A stretch of DNA of 63,881 bases, the filler included, from Octopus bimaculoides (lineage: Eukaryota): assembly GCF_001194135.2 (NCBI RefSeq). It is 4 parts of 3 records of this genome, joined end to end, with 100 filler letters (N's around TTAATTAATTAA, not from the genome) between each part and the next. Parts side by side here need not be neighbours in the genome. Positions count along the whole stretch, not along the records: positions 25,730 to 45,988 come from NC_068990.1; positions 46,089 to 63,881 come from NC_068982.1; 2 more parts are not named here. One strand, 5' to 3'. The notes below the pieces were generated by a model, which searched no databases, had not been told where the DNA came from, and saw nothing but the letters and a program-made list of their open reading frames with translations. Position numbers and translations under genes: made by a program. Within the stretch, counting starts at the first letter, position 1. Every line of letters begins with the position of its first letter. Shown in pieces: positions 40,248 through 54,327 of the stretch.

Positions 40248-41691
40248 GTGTTGTCAAAGAGAGAGAGGGAAGGAGAGAGTGATAGCATAAATTCTTTTAT
40301 TTATTTNNNNNNNNNNNNNNNNNNNNNNNNNNNNNNNNNNNNNNNNNNNNNNNNNNNNNNNNNNNNNNNNNNNNNNNNNNNNNNNNNNNNNNNNNNNNNN
40401 NNNNNNNNNNNNNNNNNNNNNNNNNNNNNNNNNNNNNNNNNNNNNNNNNNNNNNNNNNNNNNNNNNNNNNNNNNNNNNNNNNNNNNNNNNNNNNNNNNNN
40501 NNNNNNNNNNNNNNNNNNNNNNNNNNNNNNNNNNNNNNNNNNNNNNNNNNNNNNNNNNNNNNNNNNNNNNNNNNNNNNNNNNNNNNNNNNNNNNNNNNNN
40601 NNNNNNNNNNNNNNNNNNNNNNNNNNNNNNNNNNNNNNNNNNNNNNNNNNNNNNNNNNNNNNNNNNNNNNNNNNNNNNNNNNNNNNNNNNNNNNNNNNNN
40701 NNNNNNNNNNNNNNNNNNNNNNNNNNNNNNNNNNNNNNNNNNNNNNNNNNNNNNNNNNNNNNNNNNNNNNNNNNNNNNNNNNNNNNNNNNNNNCATGCAC
40801 ACATGCCTTCGTGTTAAAACAGAAGATTGCCAAAATGGCTAGGCTATTGCCAAAATTTCTAAAATAATATTAAAATTTTTTTTCATTTTCATGATATAAC
40901 TGCATTAATTAATACAGATAACATAATTAAACTAATTGCAAATTAGCGGTGTCATTGATAATTTTTTCCTTTCCTCAATGACGCTGGTGACGTATATTAA
41001 AAGTCCCCTTATAGAATTATATTCATAAAAAAGTATAGAACTAGATTATCACTCTCAAATTTGAGAAACAAACACTCATAGCATTTTTCCTTTAAAACTT
41101 CATTGCATGAGATTGATTCCATTAAATTCCTCAAATTGAGCTCTATCATTTTAGCTTAATTAAGATATAGTTTGTTTTTAAAATAAATAAGTTAATTATA
41201 GTTAAATCCAATTTTTCTTACCTTACTAATATTTTTTTTCATGATATTTTACCTCACAACTTTTTTGATACAAATTTTTGTTGTATGAGATCAAAACTAT
41301 GAAATTCTTCATGCTTTCTTCTATCATAGAAGCTAAGATAAATATATTTTGCTTTTAAAATAAAAAAAGTTATTTAGATCTAAACTTGAATGGAGGCATT
41401 ACTCTCTTATAGTGTTGCTACAAATTTTGATGAAAACTTTTTTCTACTGAACCAAATCTCAATTTTTTAACAGTTTTCAATTTGGTTAAGAATAGAATTA
41501 GTGACAAAGCTCTGAAGATGCTGTGTGAGCAGATTGTGGCCTTATATGTTTATATGACATTTCTTCTGATATTATTAAGTCCCTATACCAACAGTACTGT
41601 TGTTATTATTTAGGGCAGGTTCTCATATCAATTTTTCTTTTGATGAAGATTGTTGTGTCATTCCTTATGTTTCTTCACTTATGTTTCAAAC

Positions 41692-42026
41692 TGGCACAGA
41701 TATGGCTGTGCGGTTAAGAAGTTTGCTTCCCAACCATGTGGTTTGGAGTTCAATTTCATAGCATGATAACTTGGACAAGCATCTTCTACTATAACCCTGG
41801 GCTGACCAAAGCTGTGGATAGTAACATTATTGTTACTTCCCAGGTCAGTGGATCTTATGTTGGCTTTGTGTCTTCAAAGACATGCAGAATAAGATATCCC
41901 TTATTTGAGAAATAAAGATGGGTTAGTAACAAGAAGAGCATTTAGCTCTAAAAGAAGGCATCAACAATATATTCCCACAACTCATGCCAGCATGGAAAAT
42001 GGACGTTAAATAATGATGATGATGAT
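41692..42026 (+). mobile_element. CORE-like SINE with RTE-derived 3' tail, CpG-decayed
   Basis: Head GGCTGTGCGGTTAAGAAGTTTGCTTCCCAACC; tail CATGCCAGCATGGAAAATGGACGTTAAATAAT(GAT)n matches the RTE 3' end. Confidence 0.75.
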
Positions 42027-43082
42027 GCTTGTAATGTGTTGCAAACTGCAGATTTTCTATTGTGGTTACTTTAAGTTTCCAGTTATGTAGACATTTATCA
42101 GGATATTACCAGAGTAACATTCCAGGAAAAATAAACCATTCTGATTTTCTGAGAATGCATAACTCTTCGATAGCAGAAATGAGTTATTTTCCCCACAACA
42201 GCATAACAAAATCTCCAGAATTAAGGTGAAGTAGGAATCAAAAATAGAAGGGAGTGAAAACAAAAAAGAAAAATGAGAAAAGTGAACAGTGGAGTGCATA
42301 CAAATGCATATGTCCAAACGTATGCACATGGGAGTAGGCCACTGAAGGAACTTAGTCTAGTAAAGGTGGCATGACCCATTAATGTAATAAATACTCCTCA
42401 AAATGTGTTTCACCAAAATGTCAGACCTGATATTTAAAAAGAGATTATAGTTATGTAGATTTTTTAGGATGATGAATTGTGCAAAGATCAAATCTTTTAT
42501 TTCAATTTTTGTTAGGCACTCTCTTTCAATAATCTTGCATATGGTATTACAGATGTAAGGTTATTTTTCTGCTTTTAATTGTTAAATGCAGTCAGTTAAT
42601 TTTGTTGTAATTCTTTTTTATTGATGAGTCTAAAAGAAGTACAGCTGTAGAATCATTGCTTGAAATTCGCTTCAGCCCATGCATCATATATGTGCTACTT
42701 CAAGGCTTAGTTTTATACAGGTAATTTCTGCTGCACAAATAATGGATTTTGTGTTGCAAGACATATTTCAAGGGCATGCATTACTTTTCTGCATAAGCAT
42801 ATGGCTTCTGTTCTTACAAGTGTGTATGTGAGTATCATCATCATTTTCACAACTACTTTTCTATGCTCACATGAGTCAGACAAATATACATTATGCAGAG
42901 TTTTTATGGCCACATTCCTTTCTTGTAGCCAATCTATTTCTATTTCCTAGCAAAGTAATAATCTCCAAGTCTATTGAACAACAAACTGACTGGAATTTTT
43001 TATGCAGAGAACTGAAAAGGAACAAGTCTTATGGAGCTTCTTGTTTACAAACTAGCAAGGAAAATACAAACTCTCTCTCACA

Positions 43083-43250
43083 CACACACACACACGAAAC
43101 AGGCTTCCTTCAGGGTTTGTCTATTAAATCAACTCGCAAGGCTTTGGTTGACCCTTGGCTATACTAGAACACACTTGCTCAAGGTGTCATTCAGTGGGAC
43201 TGAACCTGAAAGTATATGGCTAGCAAGTGAACTCTTAACCACCTAGTCAT
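43083..43250 (-). mobile_element. CORE-like SINE, diverged
   Basis: The reverse complement contains GGTTCAGTCCCACTGAATGACACCTTGAGCAAGTG, as in the 63362 copy. Confidence 0.7.
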
Positions 43251-44699
43251 GACAGCAAGAGAACATACTGAGACAATCAACCAAAATTCTATTTATACAG
43301 GAATATGAAAGACAAGGTTGATAACCTTTTCGATGAATTATAATTAATATTGGACATTGCAAATGGAGCTGTTGTGTTAGTAGCATTAAGCACAAATAAC
43401 TGAAGAAATTATTGCTAGTTTTGGGTGTGTGAGTAATCTGAAGAACTGTTGTCTGCCCAGAAAACTAACATTAAACAAATTACTTATATTCCATGTTTAT
43501 CTCAGCCAAAGTTATGAAGTAAACAACTAATGTTATACCTAAACAGTTTAATATAGTCAATTACTCCACCTCCTGGGATGTAGTAATGGGGTAAAAAGGA
43601 AAAATAAGAGAAATACCAAACAAATTGTTCAGTTTAGGCACAAGGCCAGACAAAACACACATGCATGTATACACTCACGATCATTAATCTCAGTTGGAAA
43701 ATCCTGAATTTATTTATGACTCAAAGAATAAAACTTGAACAAGCCCATGAATATACATACGTAAGGTTCATCTTGAAAGTACTAAGGATTGGTAATTTAC
43801 TGATTAGAAGGCTCAACAGGTAAAAAAAAAAAAAAAATGAGGGGAAAAAAACAAGTTTTATCCATAAAATAATTATTCAACTGTAATAAACAATAATCTA
43901 GTCACTAAGTGCATGTTTATATATGTGTGTGTACATTACATATATATATAGACACACACACATTGTGTAGTGTGTATGTGAGTGTAGTACATGTGTGAGT
44001 ACTATGTGTATGTGCTGTGTATATAATAATAAAATAATAAATTCTATTCCTTAAGAACATTCAAATTCTATCCTAATGCTGCGATACCTACTTATGTTTA
44101 ACATGGGATTGTTTTAAGCTAACAAGTGTACATCCACATGGTCACATGACCTGTTAGAAATATCAGCCAAATCTGCATCAAATACTCTCTCTCCATACTA
44201 TCTTAAACAGGTAGCACACATTGAATGGTGTAATCTTAGATGTATTATATCTGAAACTAAGGCTAGATGGTCATGGCTGGAACACCTTAATCATATGCTA
44301 GCATGTTCGGAGCTGTCTTCGGGTTAAACTACAACTGAACACATTAATGTAATGAGGATCTCTCATTTTACTTTTTCTTTCAGATGCAATATATCAAAGG
44401 CCACATTGCCATCTTTAGAAATTTCAAATACATTTCGAAGAGTCTGAAGAAATTTGGCTGCTATTCTAGAAGGTAATGCAGCCATTTAGAGCTACTCATT
44501 GGTTCATGTGATAGGTGTATCAATATTATGTGGGCTGAGGCAGTGTGGAGTAAACAAGTCAGGAGGAAGAGTGGCTGCAATATTAACAACACATAACTAG
44601 GATATAAAATAACCATAGTAATATTATCGTTGCTGATAGTAAATGTTTAAGTAACACTATTTTGATTATCACTGAGAGAATGGTAATACGTGATATGTT

Positions 44700-44955
44700 G
44701 CAAAGTATCTTGAACTCCTTTTGGGACTATGTTTCTTAATGAAATACATGGTGTAGATGTTTCAATTCTTTTTGAAGATAAAGAATTTGGTGAGATTTAG
44801 TAAAATAACGTTTTTGATATTAAGTTAGCGTGTACAATGTAAACGATTCTTGCATAAACTTACAAAGGTAGCTTTTAATTTCAATATAAACACTTGAAAT
44901 CAAGCATTTTTGTATCAGCACCTGAAACAGTCTCGAGTGGTTGCAACTAAGAGAG
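44700..44955. mobile_element. Decayed piggyBac-like MITE related to 763-983
   Basis: TTTCAATTCTTTTGAAGATAAAGAATTT..TTTAGTAAAATAAC resembles the reverse complement of the 763-983 element. The right end is ...AACTAAGAGAG|TTAA; the left end is unresolved. Confidence 0.45.
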
Positions 44956-45309
44956 TTAATCAGTTCTACTGGAGCAGACTTATGGTTTGAAGTAGTTAAC
45001 TAAATAATTAAAAGTGACCCAGCTATTGAGTACAAGAGTTACGAACTGTTTCAATCATAAATTGTGTTTTCTGTCATGCAAGTCAAATTTTTTAGATCGA
45101 AAAGTTAGGTCGACTTACACACCAAGACAACTTTGGAGGACCAAAAATTCTATGTGAAATGCAGTAGGATTTGGAAAGATAGTAAAGATGTTTGAATATT
45201 TACACTATATGTTTACATTATATAATACATCAACTTGTATGCAGGAAAAAATGGTAATATTTGCTTGTGTGGAGTGTGGACATCCAGTTTGTTGTACAAT
45301 CTGGTTTTT

Positions 45310-45988
45310 GCATCGAAGAATGACAGGGACCTTCTCTTTGTGGCTGGTGACTTCAATGGTCATGTTGGACAACATTCATGGTGTACATGGAGGCTATGGT
45401 TTTCGTTCCTGCAATGAGGAGGGAACCAGACTGCTGGAGTTCTGTGATGCAAATGACTTTATGGTCTGCAATACTAACTTCAGGAAACCTGTCAGTCACC
45501 TAGTCACCTACCGTTCTGGCAGGCACACTAGTCAAATTGACAACATCCTTGCCACGAAAAGGGAAAGATGGCTGCTTATAAATGCCAAAACCTTCCTAGG
45601 CGAAGAATGTACCCCACAACATAGACTAGTAGTTAATGACTTCAGGATCAGGGCTACGTGGCTGCCCAGAAGACGACCAGCATGGAAGCTCAAAGATCCT
45701 GCGAATGGACAGAGATTTAGAGACTTATTACTCGAAGCCTTTGACGAAATAGAGGGGGATATAGCTTCACACGATGTAGAAGACAACTGGAGGTTTCTAC
45801 GGGACAACCTGCTGAGGGCCACTGACCAAATCTGTGGATGGTGCAAAGTCCCCTCTCGACCCAAAATAACGTGGTGGTGGAACAATGTTGTTGACAGGGC
45901 TATTAGACAAAAGAAACAGGCTTGGAAGGACTGGAAGAACAGTGGTAGCAGGGAATTGTATCAGACTGCCAGAAGGGAAGCTAGGTGA
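45310..45988 (+). mobile_element. RTE LINE, AP-endonuclease domain and following linker, cut by the scaffold join
   Basis: VAGDFNGHVG, then in a shifted frame GYGFRSCNEEGTRLLEFCDANDFMVCNTNFRK..TYRSG..SQIDNIL..QHRLVVNDF..WWWNNVV. Confidence 0.9.
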
Positions 45989-46088
45989 NNNNNNNNNNNN
46001 NNNNNNNNNNNNNNNNNNNNNNNNNNNNNNNNTTAATTAATTAANNNNNNNNNNNNNNNNNNNNNNNNNNNNNNNNNNNNNNNNNNNN
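45989..46088. other. Artificial scaffold join
   Basis: 44 N + TTAATTAATTAA (46033-46044) + 44 N. Confidence 0.9.
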
Positions 46089-46244
46089 GTTTCTTAAACA
46101 TTCACTTGAACAAAACTGTACAAATCCAAATATATGGTACCCTAGGCATAACACCTACATGAACTTCTAACTTGTTGTCTCTTGAGGTCTCTGGGTGAGA
46201 CTTGGATCCAACTTGTACAAATGCAAAACAAAAGTCAAACATAA

Positions 46245-46275
<31 letters not shown>
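46089..46275 (+). mobile_element. Possible LINE 3' end with (TAA)n tail
   Basis: Non-repetitive 3'-UTR-like sequence ending AAAGTCAAACATAAAA(TAA)n; no coding motif is visible. Confidence 0.3.
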
Positions 46276-46296
<21 letters not shown>

Positions 46297-46932
46297 TTAT
46301 CATTATCTTATGATATTTACTTTGTATTATATTATACTTATTTATTGCGCTTTTACTTATTAATTTTTCTATGTGTGACAGTGGATTTTCATCGATGAGT
46401 TCATGAACCTTGGTTCTTTTCCCTATATATGCACATACACAGACTCAGATACGCACACACACACACATACATACACATATACATATGTATGTATGCATGC
46501 ATGTATGTTGTGTGCGTGTATGTATATGTATTATGTTTAAGTCCTTTTAGTGTAACTGGTTTCACTTTACGTGCTGTTCATCTTTTGCCCATTATATGTC
46601 GTGTATAATAAAGCTACCCGAATAACACGCATAAAAGCAAAATTAATAAGATAAACGCAAAAGGAAACAAGGCGCATAAAATAATACAGCCTTAAATACA
46701 TTGTCTAAAGGGTGGAAGGGAATGTTACTGCTGAAACGCTTTTGATCATGCTCCGCTAGGTCAAGGTTAACTTTGGGATTAAACAAATATAAATATTTAA
46801 CCATCAACGAGCAAGAATATATTTGAGAAAGTAAAACATTCAGCCACGTTAAATTTTAGATCGATAACCCGTTATAGGACAGTCAAATGATTACTATATT
46901 AGTGTTGCAGCAAGCAAAAATGTATTTATTTG

Positions 46933-47809
46933 TTGTGTTAAGCCAAAAGTTTTGAAATATTTTGGTAATTTATTTGATTTATTTGTCAAGTTACAACAAA
47001 AGCAGCCTAGCATTCAAAGAAGAGACCATCGTGTTGCACCGTCTGAAGCCACCTTTCTGCCAGTTCTTTGATCCCATGCTGATACCAGTTCTTATCCTTT
47101 GAGGTGAAGAACTCCTTCACTGAAGCTTCCACTTCCTCTTGGTTGATGAAACGTCGCGAGCGCAGGAAGTGAGCCATGGATCGGAACTAGTAATAATCTG
47201 AGAGAGATATTTTACTGCAATTCTAACGTGCATAAGCAATGTTTAATCAAGGGCCAGCTTCCGGGTCCCCTTGCCAAACATGGGAGTTTCGAACACAAAG
47301 TGAAATTATGGGAGAATAATTCACTACGAGGTCGTCCCGGACGGTCGAACCATCAACGCCAATTTGTACTCTGGACAGCTAGAGCCGATATATGCCACTG
47401 TGCGGCAAATATGCTCGGCATTGGTTAACAGAAAGTGAGCTCTTCTACAGGAAGACAATGCAAGATTTCATATAACTCGAACGACCCAGAATAAACACCA
47501 TGAATTTGTGGGAATTGAACTGATACCACATGCAGCATTAAATCCGGACCTTGCTCCCTCGAATTATTACTTGTTCCGATCCATGGCTCACTTCCTGTGC
47601 TCGCGACGTTTCAATAATCAAAAGGAGTTGGAAGCTTCAGTGAAGAAATTCCTCGCCTCTAAGACCCAGAACCGGTGAACTGGCAGAAAGGTGGCTTCAA
47701 ACGGTGCGACGCGATGGCCTCTACTTTCACTGCTAGGTTGCTTTTGTTGTAACTTAATGAATAAAGCAAATATGTTACCAAAATGTTGCAAAACTTTTGA
47801 CTTAAACAA
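46933..47809 (+). mobile_element. Fold-back mariner derivative: the 5' half is replaced by an inverted copy of the 3' end
   Basis: 46933-47197 is the reverse complement of 47563-47809 (about 85% by eye). The core translates IIHYEVVPDGRTINANLY...LLQEDNARFH...NPDLAPSNYYLFRSMAHFL. TA lies at 47810-47811, with TG at the left. Confidence 0.85.
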
Positions 47810-50389
47810 TAGAACTTTCAATAAACGGAAGTGTATTTATTTGAAAGCATACATAGCCTTGCTTTAAATTGAAAATTCCGAGAATACTTAAATTGTCTAG
47901 TAGCGTAGAGAGAGTTAAATGCATTGCGATGTAATTTATCTCTGTGTCAAAGTTAAGTTATGCAAATGATCTCTTGGAACTAATGGCCGGAGTAAATACT
48001 TCCATCACTAGAAGTTGTATTTTGTATATAAATTATTTCTGCTCTTACACCAACCCGATAAATTTGATTGTGAGAATGACACCAATGGCATGAGATTGTC
48101 TGCTTGTGATGCATCACACAATCGGTCGATGTTCTTCGAAGTAAATCAGTTATAATAGTTGGATTAAATGTATGTTTATGTGGAATTACAGAAGCAACAT
48201 TTTGTTGAATGCTTCAGAGATTAAAATGTTTTGCGGCGGGGACAGACTTTCTGCAGGTTATTAATCTTAGATGCCATTAATTGGGATTTCCTGCTATTCA
48301 TGTTTCTCCAGCCAGTTCTTTCAACTTAGCTTTTATTCGAGTATTTTATCCGATGACATATCAGTAAAAATCCTAATCCTTGATTATTTATCAATTTCGG
48401 CCATTGGCATTAAACACAATATCATCTCTCTTTTTTTTTACGAAATAGGTTTCGCCATGTTCCGCCATTAACAAATCTAGAGCAAAGTATTAAAAGCTTT
48501 CCAGCTCGCATGACATTCAATAATCTAAATTTATATGAATTTAGATAGAGATAGAAATCGCAAAAGATTACAATATTCTTTAAAATTGTATGATTTGGTA
48601 AATATATTTTTCGATTTTGTTAAGATGTAAATACGACTTACCACTATTTCTATTACTTGAGCTTAGCAAAATCTAAAATAGACGTGCTGAAATGTTTTAG
48701 GTTGAAAACTTGCAGGTCAAATATATAATGTATTTGGATTCCCAGGCTGGCTAGATACTAAAAACATATATATAACTTTAATCAGCTTAAGTTTTGTTAA
48801 TGTTATCAGAAGCTTTTAAGGGACAGACTGTTAATATAATGGCAACGATCTTGATGTTCAGATAATGTTTCTGAAGATATTCAAAAGGTGTTGTTAGCTG
48901 TTAGTTGGATTTTAAAATAAAAAGGCAGAACAAGAGAAAGTTTTTCACTTTTCATGCGTTTACCCTTGTAAAACAGATAGAGAAAAGTTATCTGGAGTAA
49001 GACAAATGCTATACTGAAGATGAAAAAAATTATTGAAGCATAGAAATATACAAAACTGAAGTCCAATTTGACCGTTTCGAAAAGCGCTTGACTGGCAACC
49101 GGAGGGTCGACAGCATGTACCTTGTTATCGAACTGTTCTAAATACATTGCCAATATTGTTAACTTACAAATTGCTCTGCTCTCAAGCTTTAATCGGAGTT
49201 ATAGGATTTATCTATCTTGATATAAATGTTCCTATTAAACGTCAGTGGCTGCACGTAAATTCTATAACCACACGTGCAAAGCATTTTGTATTTCTGTTAC
49301 TAGTTTTAGTACCTTCGCCAACTCTAGTAGCTAATAAATATTTCTGGTTACCCAACGTAATACAGTGTGCTCCGTTAGCATTTGGCTGGAGGTTCAACGG
49401 CCGTTTGTTCAATAAACTGCCGGTTACAATAAAGTTTGTCGTCTTTATTAAAGTCAATGTCCTCAGTTGCAACTGATAACCCTACTTAGAAAGTGAAGAA
49501 CAATATGGCCGTCTTCAATTACATATCCAAGTGCGGAAGCTGTCAACTGCGACTTCCTGGTGCATCTTGTTGTTGCATTTTTCGATGACTTCCCACCTGG
49601 CTAATAATTAATTGCTACAAAATTGTTAATTTTTACCTGGCATACATTTCTACCTAGTAGACATATTTGAATATTCCATGATTTCTTAATAAATGCAGCT
49701 TTGAAAATGACATTATGGCTTTTAAGAACGAGTGATAAAATCATTTGTCCTTGCTATTGACGTATGTTATTTGTTTCTTGATACTCTTGATACATTTATA
49801 TCCAAATGAAATTTCATACCATAATGGTTCATAGCTTTCAGCTTAAAAACAGTTAACACCTCTCACTTGCAATGTCTTCTTCATATACTGGACATAAAAA
49901 AGCAGTTTCTTAATCATTGGTGGTTAACTGCAGTGAGAAGAAGGACGAGTGGGGGAGAAATCTACAGACATAGTTACAGTCGTTGTTGATGATAATGTTG
50001 ATTATTTTGTTGCAATAGCTACGACTGCTGACGTTGCTGCTGTTGTTAATGCTTCCGTTGCTGTTGCCACTGCCAGCCTATAGTCAGCCCAGATCTAAAA
50101 GATATTTGGAACAAAGTGAGATATAGTTACGAGCAAAAGAGAAAAGAGAATCCAGACACTTTGTCTTAGGTAGAAAAAAGACAGTAATACAGTATTTAAG
50201 CTATACACTTATATTCATGATTGAAACACGCCGTATAAAGAGATTGTGTACAGAGGCGAGTATTGGGGATATTTACTGCTGCCTACTCAGATAAAAAGGA
50301 TGGAGTAAGTTTCAATCTTTTATGTATATTACGTATTACCTAATGCATTATATACACAATAGAATATGTGCATACATAAATGTATATCC

Positions 50390-50475
<86 letters not shown>

Positions 50476-51458
50476 NNNNNNNNNNNNNNNNNNNNNNNNN
50501 NNNNNNNNNNNNNNNNNNNNNNNNNNNNNNNNNNNNNNNNNNNNNNNNNNNNNNNNNNNNNNNNNNNNNNNNNNNNNNNNNNNNNNNNNNNNNNNNNNNN
50601 NNNNNNNNNNNNNNNNNNNNNNNNNNNNNNNNNNNNNNNNNNNNNNNNNNNNNNNNNNNNNNNNNNNNNNNNNNNNNNNNNNNNNNNNNNNNNNNNNNNN
50701 NNNNNNNNNNNNNNNNNNNNNNNNNNNNNNNNNNNNNNNNNNNNNNNNNNNNNNNNNNNNNNNNNNNNNNNNNNNNNNNNNNNNNNNNNNNNNNNNNNNN
50801 NNNNNNNNNNNNNNNNNNNNNNNNNNNNNNNNNNNNNNNNNNNNNNNNNNNNNNNNNNNNNNNNNNNNNNNNNNNNNNNNNNNNNNNNNNNNNNNNNNNN
50901 NNNNNNNNNNNNNNNNNNNNNNNNNNNNNNNNNNNNNNNNNNNNNNNNNNNNNNNNNNNNNNNNNNNNNNNNNNNNNNNNNNNNNNNNNNNNNNNNNNNN
51001 NNNNNNNNNNNNNNNNNNNNNNNNNNNNNNNNNNNNNNNNNNNNNNNNNNNNNNNNNNNNNNNNNNNNNNNNNNNNNNNNNNNNNNNNNNNNNNNNNNNN
51101 NNNNNNNNNNNNNNNNNNNNNNNNNNNNNNNNNNNNNNNNNNNNNNNNNNNNNNNNNNNNNNNNNNNNNNNNNNNNNNNNNNNNNNNNNNNNNNNNNNNN
51201 NNNNNNNNNNNNNNNNNNNNNNNNNNNNNNNNNNNNNNNNNNNNNNNNNNNNNNNNNNNNNNNNNNNNNNNNNNNNNNNNNNNNNNNNNNNNNNNNNNNN
51301 NNNNNNNNNNNNNNNNTACTGCATGTTTTTTGTACGCTATTCGCTGGTGCCTCTTGGAAAAATAAATTGACAAAAATACACCTAGGGTCATGACAAATGT
51401 CCTCCTAAAATTGGAGTGACATGAGTGCTAATTTGTGGACGTGCATAAATTACATTCA

Positions 51459-51505
<47 letters not shown>

Positions 51506-51544
51506 TGCCTTTTATATATATATATACAGATATGTGTCTATGTG

Positions 51545-51762
51545 TGTGTGTCTTTGTGTCTTTGTGTCTGTGTCTTCCCACCACCGCTTGATCACCGGTG
51601 TTTATGTTCCCGTAACTTAGCCGTTTGGCAAAAGAGACCCATAAGTACCAAGTTTTTAAAAAAATAAGTACGAGGGTCGATACATTCAATTTCAAGGCGT
51701 TGCCCCAGCATGGCCGCAGTCAATTGACTAAATGACTGAGACAAGTAAAAGGGTAAGAATGA
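51545..51762 (+). mobile_element. SINE 3' half (second family)
   Basis: TTCCCACCACCGCTTGA..GGCAAAAGAGACC..CCCCAGCATGGCCGCAGTCAA..ATGACTGAGACAAGTAAAAG. Confidence 0.75.
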
Positions 51763-51778
51763 TATATGTATTTATGTG

Positions 51779-51837
<59 letters not shown>

Positions 51838-51925
51838 ATAATATATGTGTGTGTATATGCGCATAGGCACACACAGTCGCATACGTGCGTGTGTATCTGT
51901 GTGTGTGTGTGTGTGAGTGTATGTG

Positions 51926-52008
<83 letters not shown>

Positions 52009-52374
52009 GTGGCAAACAGCTAAAACTAAAGAAAGACAGGAAGAAAAGGTGGAAGGAGATTGACAGAAAAAAAAAGTATGAATAAAACGCATATTGTCGA
52101 ATTAACCTAGCAGGGACAAAACAAATTATGAAATTCGATATTGTTACTGCAAAAATCAAAGGATTAATGAAGTGATGTCTTTCTCGGTAGACTATAGCAT
52201 TTAAAGGAACTTTTATTAGTCTATATTACTGGTATTAATTGTCAAGTCACAAAGTAAAGCAATGTTAAAAATTTTCCCTACAGAATCCAATGTAGGTTCT
52301 TATACTAATTATAAGCAAAAGGTAAAAACAAGCCGCAAGTGACACTATTAATAACAATAATATTTATTTCTTTA

Positions 52375-52587
52375 TTGTCCACAGGAGGCTAAACGTAGAG
52401 GAGGCAAACAAAAGGATTAAGTTGATAAAATCGACATCAGTCCATAACTGGTACTTGTTCAACCGACCCCGGAAGGATGAGAGGCAAAGTCGACCTCGGC
52501 GAAATTTGAACTCAGAACGTAACGGCAGACGAAATACCGCTAAGCATTTCACCCGACATGCTAACGATTCTGCCAGCTCGCCACATT
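52375..52587 (-). mobile_element. tRNA-SINE, tail A
   Basis: Reverse complement of the 7035 copy; CpGs are largely intact. Confidence 0.85.
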
Positions 52588-52664
52588 TGTTTAATAACAA
52601 TAATATTAAAATAGTTCTACTAGTAGCAACAAGAACAACAATAATAGTAATACTAAAAAATAAT

Positions 52665-52868
52665 AATTACAAATTTTGGCACAAGGCCAGCAATTTGGGG
52701 GGAAGGGATAAGTCGATTACATCGAGTCCAGTGTTCAACCGGTACTTATTTTATCGACCCCGGAAGGATAAAAGGCAAAGTTGACCTCGGCGGAATTCGA
52801 ACTTAAACGAACAAAATGCTGCGAAGAATTTACCCCGGCATGCAACCGATTCTACCAACTCGCCGCCT
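52665..52868 (-). mobile_element. tRNA-SINE, tail B
   Basis: AAATTTTGGCACAAGGCCAGCAATTTGGGGGG tail plus TATCGACCCCGGAAGGATAAAAGGCAAAG core. Confidence 0.85.
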
Positions 52869-53005
52869 TCTTCCTCTCTTTTTCTGTTACTCTCAGTTTC
52901 TACTTCTCATTTGCTTTGTCTTTCCAGCCTTATTTACACACTCCACAAACACAAATTTGTAGATACGTTTCTCTCTTCTCTACAATCATAACACACAAGC
53001 ACATC

Positions 53006-53060
<55 letters not shown>

Positions 53061-53139
53061 CACTCAAATACACATGCAAATTTGCTTGAAGAGTTCAGTC
53101 ACTTGAGTAGGTTATTCTACAGAATTGATATTAGTACTG

Positions 53140-54100
53140 AGAAATACAACTCTGAAAAAAATGTATAACTTGCAATAATAGAAAAAATGTAGAGAGAGTG
53201 AAATATTCTGGTATAATACTCCATTTGCCAATATTATACGAACCTCTGTCTCGAAAATTTTTTTGCATTTACTGGAAAGAAATTTCCCTCCTAGCCATAG
53301 TTATGAAATATTGAATAGAAAAAATATTAACCTCTCATATTCAATTATTTCTAATTTTATAACCATTATAGCCCCTAAATTAGGGTAAAATTAAAAGTTA
53401 TGAAGGTGGAATATAATTACTTGACAAAGAAGATTATAACTCGTAGTGCAAAAACCAAAAAAATCTGTAATTTTAGTAAATATTACTGCAAAGAATGATT
53501 ATATGACCGGGGCTTCTAAGGAATGCGAATGTAGAAGTTATGTTAATATAAAGACCTTAACCCCTTTTAACTCTAGTGCTAGTTCAAATTAAAAATTAGA
53601 TGAGCAAATTGATTCTTTGATAACACTTAAAATACACCGCATGAAAGTTCGTACGTATAATAATTTAGACAGAGCTCCTGATATGGGAAGCAACAGTAAC
53701 TGTAAGCCTAAAAAAGAATGTCCCTTAAATGGTAAGCATATACATAAGAACTTAATTTACAAGTGTATCGTAAGAATTAATAATATTCGGTTTTGCATTG
53801 GAGCTACATCTAACTAGGCCGAGAAAAAGAATTTCTCTTCATAAGCATTTCAGTATTTATAAGTTAAAATTTTCTACATCACTGGCAGAATATATTTTTC
53901 CTTTAAAATCTAAGAACATAAGGTATCGTATTAATTGATCTATTTTAGCTTCAGCCAAACTCTATCAAGGCGACAAGTTTGGATGCTCTGTCTGCGTGAG
54001 GCCCTGAAAATGTATTAACTAATAGTGAGAATTTTACTAAACAAGCACAATGAATTAGTCGTTAATTGTAAGCATAAATTAAAATTAATATTCCTTCATA
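53140..54100 (+). mobile_element. Penelope-like element 3' relic (linker plus GIY-YIG)
   Basis: EIFWYNTPFA..LLERNFPPSH..ILNRKNINLSYS, then KKECPLNGK..NLIYKC..CIGAT..STSLAEYIF..LLNKHNELVVNCKH in shifting frames. Confidence 0.75.
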
Positions 54101-54293
54101 ATCTTTGGGCAATTATTAATTACCGTATAAGATAGCGATGCATCTTCCCCACCACCACCACCATCATTTCTCTCTGTCTTTCCCCAATTTTCTCAACCAC
54201 TATGACTTTGTCTTTTATTAAAACCTCTATCTCTATCAGCTGCTGAAATTTTAAATGAGATTCATACTCTACTAATTCGATCCTATATATCTA

Positions 54294-54327
<34 letters not shown>

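Noticed and set aside
43530-43590. Minus-strand IPGGGVID as candidate exon 1 (P-loop)
   Set aside because: No GKS or LTIQFIQ follows; a chance match.
48881-49476. Hydrophobic ORFs resembling membrane proteins
   Set aside because: F/I/L richness is expected from AT-rich DNA. There are no family motifs or splice support, and a nearby VDSF-like trace suggests LINE debris.
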